Assembly (NCBI GenBank): GCA_003599535.1
Contig: QZKQ01000033.1
Span: forward strand, 48,837-112,836
Direction: 5' to 3'
Length of the DNA stretch: 64,000 nucleotides
From: Candidatus Zixiibacteriota bacterium
GTDB taxonomy: Bacteria; Electryoneota; B3-LCP
The notes beneath the pieces were generated by a model. It was not told the origin of the DNA and did no database searches. It was given only the letters and a program-made list of their open reading frames with translations. The position numbers and the translations under genes were made by a program. Positions 59,897-64,000 of the stretch are shown piece after piece. Each line of letters opens with the position of its first letter. Position 1 is the first letter of the stretch.

Positions 59897-59925
59897 TTGA
59901 CTTGGGCAGTTTTTGTCAGTATATT
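59897..59925 (+). promoter_or_regulatory. sigma70-like promoter (TTGACT-17-TATATT)
   Basis: cTTGACTtgggcagtttttgtcagTATATTa, 35 nt before ATG 59961. The TTG start at 59913 in the ORF track lies inside this promoter. Confidence 0.55.
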
Positions 59926-59960
59926 ATTTCCGAAACTCCTACCCTGACATGGAGCCTCCC

Positions 59961-61640
59961 ATGCGCACTTTACTTTTGCTGATAATCCTGACCCTGCTGG
60001 CCACTGTGTGGCTGGCCGCCCCCGCCTTCGCCCAGTGGTCCACCACGCCTTATGGCGACCTGACGATTTACGCCGGTCCGTTTTCGTACAATCAGGTTTG
60101 GTTAATCCCGGATCCCTGCCAACTGGGAAACGGCGATTTTCTGGTGTTTTACCAGGTAGCAACCGCCGGCAACACCTATCATGTCTATCTCCAGTTGATT
60201 GATCCTCAAGGCGCCAAGCAGTGGGGCGGGGACGGCATTCCGATCAGCACGGCGGATGATTCCACCCAGTACGGTGGGCACATGATCCCCGACGGGCAGG
60301 GCGGGGCATTTCTGGTCTGGTGGGTGGCGCGCGAGACCGGACCCGACTACGAGCTGTACGGCCAGCATCTCGGACCCGAGGGCCAATTCCTGTGGGATTC
60401 GGCCGGGGTGTTGTTGGTCACGCCGGGACAGGACATCACCTGGTATGAGATAGACCTGTGCGGAGACGGGGAAGGGGGCTTCTACCTGGCCTGGAGCCAG
60501 GAGGAATCGGCCACCTGCTCCAACTCCGATCCCTACCTGCAGCGCTTCGACAGCCTGGGGCAGGCCCTGTGGCCCCAGCCGGCAGCCCTGTGCCTCTATC
60601 CCGACAGGGACCAGGTGGAGCCCAAAGTGTGTCTGCGGGAACGGGGCGGATGCTTCGCCACCTGGTCGGACATGCGCAGCGGGTGGTACTACACCCAGGC
60701 CCGGCAGAAGGTCACCGCCGAGGGCCAGATCCTGTGGGGTCCCACCGGTATCTATCAGAACGATGCCGGCACCGCCCAAGCGCAGTTGCAGGCCCATCCG
60801 GCGGGGGGATTCCTCTATCTCGACGGCGCCTGTATCTATCATTTCGGGGAGGAGGGGCAGATTCTCTGGGAGGTGGAGATCGGCGGCGATATGCCCGGCG
60901 TCTCTGCCAACCAATTTGCCGTATCGCCCAGCGGACGGCTGTACACCCCCTTCTTTTCGGATTACTTCAACACCGGCGACGACGATTGGGACATCTTTGC
61001 CCAGTGCCTGAACTTCAGCGGGGACCATCTCTGGAGCCCCCGGTATCCGCTGCTGGCGCGGGAACCTGGCGATTGGCAAGTGGAGCCACTCATCGCCCTG
61101 ACACCCGACGGCTTCCTTACCGCCTATGAGCAGCCTCGTCATGGATTGTATCACGGCAACATTTTCTTTCAGATCGCCGACAGCCTGGGGCAGCCGCAGT
61201 TGAACCGGCACGGGGCGCCGCTGCGCATCTCGCACCGCGAGAAGCAGTTGAAGGCTCTGATCCCGGATGGCACAGGCGGGGCCATCGCCTTTTGGGAAAA
61301 AACGGGTTCACCCTATACTTTGCACGCCAACCGCATCCTGTCGGATGGGTCGCTGGGGTATCCGGAACCGGCGCCGGCAGTGAAGCGGGAGCAGCAAGAA
61401 ACCGCTGAGCTGTCGGTGGGTGGCAACTTCGTGCAAGTGAAATTACCCCAAGCCGGGGAAGTGAGGGCGGCGCTATATAATCTCCTGGGGCAACAGGTGA
61501 AGCTGATAATGGACGGTGGGCAGGAAGCGGGCCGGCACCATTATACTATAGACACTCGGGGACTGGCCTCGGGAGTGTATTTCGTAAGGTTGCAATATCA
61601 GGGAGAGGTACGCACCACCAAGATCATTCTGTCGCGGTAG
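59961..61640 (+). CDS. secreted DGxGG-repeat protein with T9SS CTD (paralog of 53459-55141)
   Basis: Signal peptide MRTLLLLIILTLLATVWLAAPAFA/QWSTTP. Repeats PDGQGGAFLVWWVARE..YGQHLGPEGQFLW, GDGEGGFYLAWSQEE..YLQRFDSLGQALW, ERGGCFATWSDMR, PDGTGGAIAFWEK. CTD ..VRAALYNLLGQQVKLI..SGVYFVRLQ..KIILSR. GGAG lies 6 nt before ATG 59961. Confidence 0.75.
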   Translation: MRTLLLLIILTLLATVWLAAPAFAQWSTTPYGDLTIYAGPFSYNQVWLIPDPCQLGNGDFLVFYQVATAGNTYHVYLQLIDPQGAKQWGGDGIPISTADDSTQYGGHMIPDGQGGAFLVWWVARETGPDYELYGQHLGPEGQFLWDSAGVLLVTPGQDITWYEIDLCGDGEGGFYLAWSQEESATCSNSDPYLQRFDSLGQALWPQPAALCLYPDRDQVEPKVCLRERGGCFATWSDMRSGWYYTQARQKVTAEGQILWGPTGIYQNDAGTAQAQLQAHPAGGFLYLDGACIYHFGEEGQILWEVEIGGDMPGVSANQFAVSPSGRLYTPFFSDYFNTGDDDWDIFAQCLNFSGDHLWSPRYPLLAREPGDWQVEPLIALTPDGFLTAYEQPRHGLYHGNIFFQIADSLGQPQLNRHGAPLRISHREKQLKALIPDGTGGAIAFWEKTGSPYTLHANRILSDGSLGYPEPAPAVKREQQETAELSVGGNFVQVKLPQAGEVRAALYNLLGQQVKLIMDGGQEAGRHHYTIDTRGLASGVYFVRLQYQGEVRTTKIILSR

Positions 61641-61664
61641 GGAAACCGCGATTGTTTTTATCCG

Positions 61665-62546
61665 ATGGAGGCGATCATGCGAGGCAGGAAATTCCGTTTC
61701 TCCGGGATCCTCTTGGGGATTATTCTGGCCGGATGGCTGGGCTTGGTGCAGCAGGCTTGGGGCACCAATTGGGATCGTATCGTCGCCGAGCGGGAGGGCG
61801 GCGTGATCTGCGACTTCGCCTATTTTAATCACGGCACCGGCCAGGAAGTGCTTTATGCCGTGAGCATGGAGAATGGGGTCTGGTATCGCACCTACGACGC
61901 AACGTATGGCTGGTTGAACTCGGCGGTTTGGTCCTGTCTGTTGCCCGCACGCCAGTGCTACGGGGTGGACGTGCAGCGCATCGGCTCCGGCACCACCAGT
62001 GATTACATTTTGGTGGCCACAGAATTTCACGGCATCTATCGTGGCATCCGCGACGGTTCGGGGACCTACGGCAACTGGATCAACAGAAGACAGCATGGGG
62101 ACAATACGAATGGATATCCTATGCACTGGGAGGATGTGGCCTTCTGGGGGACGACCAGTGCGGACCAGTATTTCGCCATCGGGGATGAACTGTGGGACAG
62201 CTATAAGACCAAGCTGTACCTTTGGAACGCTGCGCCCAGCAATACTTGGTCTGCTGTCCAATATAACGGTAATGCCATTGAAGCCAACAAACTCTACCGG
62301 GACGCCGATGCCTCCTACAGCACCACGTTGTACGCCACCGCGGACAACGCCATCTACCAATCCAATGCCACTTCTTACATTGCAGACTGGACCAACATTA
62401 AATCCAGCTTCACTAGCGATACCTGGTACGGCGTGCACGGCTTCTATCAGGACCCGACCACCCGGACCCTGTATGTCATCGCGGAAACCAACCCCAGCAC
62501 CCACACCTGTGCCGTTTACGACAATGTTCGGGTGACACCATCGTGA
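61665..62546 (+). CDS. secreted hypothetical protein; probably the 5' part of a gene interrupted by a 1-nt indel
   Basis: Signal peptide ..LGLVQQAWG/TNW. The ORF stops at 62544-62546, while the adjacent frame is open from 62417 to the window end. Confidence 0.6.
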   Translation: MEAIMRGRKFRFSGILLGIILAGWLGLVQQAWGTNWDRIVAEREGGVICDFAYFNHGTGQEVLYAVSMENGVWYRTYDATYGWLNSAVWSCLLPARQCYGVDVQRIGSGTTSDYILVATEFHGIYRGIRDGSGTYGNWINRRQHGDNTNGYPMHWEDVAFWGTTSADQYFAIGDELWDSYKTKLYLWNAAPSNTWSAVQYNGNAIEANKLYRDADASYSTTLYATADNAIYQSNATSYIADWTNIKSSFTSDTWYGVHGFYQDPTTRTLYVIAETNPSTHTCAVYDNVRVTPS

Positions 62547-64000
62547 CCTTCACGCCGCCTAGGGAAACCGATGATTTATTTTTCGACGCCCGCGCCAAAC
62601 ATGTCTCCGGATTGGTCGTGTACTATGATGAAACTAATGACAAGTACCATATCTGGATCGGCACCAATGACTACGGTCTTTTGCATTGGTACACCGGTTG
62701 GAGTGACTGGGTGCAGACCGAGGACCCTGGCGAAGGAGTGCGCCCCTGGAAAGCGCGGGCGTTGCTCATGGATCCGATGGAAACCACGGATGTCAGCCTG
62801 TTTTACGGCACGTGGCAGGCTGGCTTGGCTCATTATACCCTTGAATTTTCCTCTGGGGACTGCACTTGGGTAACCCCCATGTGGGGGCTCTACGGCGGCA
62901 ACGGGCCGGGTGGACGCGGCGGATACCTGGACTCCGGGGTTTTGCCCGGAACGGGAGATGTTCTGGGCAGCAGCTATCAACACGGCCTCTACAAGATGGC
63001 ATTATCAGGAAGCGCCTTTTCTGGGATCGGTAATACCAATGGGACCGCCCGGGAAAAATCCAACTGGAGCAAATGCTTCAACGACGTCATCCGCGGCCCG
63101 GAGACCGTCAGCTCGATCTACTACGGCGGCTGCCGCCCCTTCACCCGGTTCGCCTATCCCAGTGGAACCGATTACGCCACCGGGGGCATCTACTATGTGG
63201 ACGCCACTGACAATTGCAATTGGCTCAACGCGGATTGGCACGGCATCCCTAACTTGACTGACCACAAGGCGCCGGACGCCGTGCGTATGGTGAAGGATCC
63301 GGATGGAAGTTTCTATGTGGCCACCGGCGAGTACGGCATCAACTGTTACGGTAGCGGAATCGACCGGCATGTAGTGCGGAGGGCTTACCTAAATGGCGCC
63401 CTTCAGTGGACCAGTGCTGCCAGCTTTGATGTCACAAACTACAGCTTCATCAGCTATTCGGCGCCGCTGGGCATTGATCCATATCCCAACAACAACCCAA
63501 CGAATCACCAGATCGTTGTTGGCATCGGGAATTACTCCAATTGGAATCTTGATGGCGCCTCCCCCCTTGGAATTGGTAGAATCTACGGCCCGGATCCCGA
63601 CAACAGCTATCAGAATGTGAATCCAGTCTTACTGGCTCCCACCGGCAGCCAGAGCTTCTACTCCTTCCATGACGTGGAAGCGATGCCACGACCTTCCACC
63701 CCTTCCAATGACGATTATGTGGTCTTTGCCGCCGAAGCGAATCATTTCCCACCGGGGAAATCGCAGACTTACGTGAAGGAGGGAGGCATCTGGGCTCTTG
63801 AAGTCTATACCGGCACCCCACCCTATACTGCCACGGATGTGACCCCGCCCACCTCCGTGCTTCCCTACGCTTCGGACTATGGATTCGCCAGCCTGCATCA
63901 CGTGAACTATAATAACCGCATGCAGTTGCTAGCCGCCATTGCCCAAGGCTACAGACTGAATAACCCCGATGTAGACATTTATGAGTCCATCTTCCTGATT
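62543..64000 (+). CDS. hypothetical protein, partial (runs off the window end); probably the continuation of 61665-62546
   Basis: Stop-free frame, not in the supplied ORF track because there is no stop within the window. It translates ..VTFTPPRETDDLFFDARAKHVSGLVVYYDETNDKYHIWIGTNDYGLLHWYTGW... The only candidate start is GTG 62543 (GTGA overlap). No signal peptide. Confidence 0.6.
   Translation, partial: MTFTPPRETDDLFFDARAKHVSGLVVYYDETNDKYHIWIGTNDYGLLHWYTGWSDWVQTEDPGEGVRPWKARALLMDPMETTDVSLFYGTWQAGLAHYTLEFSSGDCTWVTPMWGLYGGNGPGGRGGYLDSGVLPGTGDVLGSSYQHGLYKMALSGSAFSGIGNTNGTAREKSNWSKCFNDVIRGPETVSSIYYGGCRPFTRFAYPSGTDYATGGIYYVDATDNCNWLNADWHGIPNLTDHKAPDAVRMVKDPDGSFYVATGEYGINCYGSGIDRHVVRRAYLNGALQWTSAASFDVTNYSFISYSAPLGIDPYPNNNPTNHQIVVGIGNYSNWNLDGASPLGIGRIYGPDPDNSYQNVNPVLLAPTGSQSFYSFHDVEAMPRPSTPSNDDYVVFAAEANHFPPGKSQTYVKEGGIWALEVYTGTPPYTATDVTPPTSVLPYASDYGFASLHHVNYNNRMQLLAAIAQGYRLNNPDVDIYESIFLI

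Noticed and set aside
62571-62873. 100-aa ORF MIYFSTPAPNM... and ORF 61999-62535
   Set aside because: Both are out of frame with the long stop-free reading frame that covers 62417-64000. The translations have compositionally odd, Cys/Thr/Pro-rich sequences without motifs.
1-64000. Transposase, integrase, reverse transcriptase, toxin-antitoxin, restriction-modification or other known defence/mobile-element protein genes that could explain the repeats or the island
   Set aside because: No ORF in the six-frame track shows the corresponding catalytic motifs (DDE, the R..HxxR..Y tyrosine recombinase motif, YxDD, HUH/Y1). The DinG-exonuclease, PLD-family and YhaM-like proteins sit in housekeeping contexts without partner genes typical of defence systems.

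Overview
High-GC (about 63-68% in sampled coding lines) bacterial chromosome segment. It is probably from an uncultivated member of the FCB (Fibrobacteres-Chlorobi-Bacteroidetes-like) radiation, because at least eight encoded proteins end in type IX secretion (T9SS) C-terminal sorting domains. Positions 1-42.7 kb are an almost uninterrupted plus-strand run of about 40 housekeeping genes: ileS 3' end, dksA-like, lspA, PLD-family lipid enzyme, kbl, LolD/E-like ABC pair, two radical-SAM enzymes, rpiB, glyA, tag, UbiA prenyltransferase, maf, rodZ-ispG, PPC protein, deoxynucleoside kinase, GT87-like glycosyltransferase, gcvPB, exonuclease-DinG helicase, methylmalonyl-CoA epimerase, miaB, lapA-lapB, SPOR protein, an HhH-bearing outer-membrane protein, ltaE, a methyltransferase, a YhaM-like OB/HD nuclease and an M42 peptidase. 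Positions 42.8-64 kb are an accessory block of large secreted T9SS cargo proteins (beta-helix, FG-GAP, lamin-tail and DGxGG-repeat proteins). This block also holds two orphan sorting-domain remnants, a 53-nt 3' fragment of tRNA-Lys(UUU) followed by tandem 11-mers (a likely island junction), patches of low GC, and one gene apparently split by a 1-nt indel. The most unusual signal is non-genic. Nearly every long intergenic spacer (about 3.7 kb in total) is built from one shared vocabulary of hairpin modules in a conserved order, plus tracts with strict 7-nt periodicity. Two genes (a four-helix-bundle 'IVS protein' gene and the YhaM-like gene) are bracketed by inverted copies of these elements. 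I saw no rRNA, intact tRNA, CRISPR array, transposase or integrase ORF. All homology calls come from recognising motifs by eye. No searches or folding programs were run, and GC values are hand counts on a few 60-nt lines.
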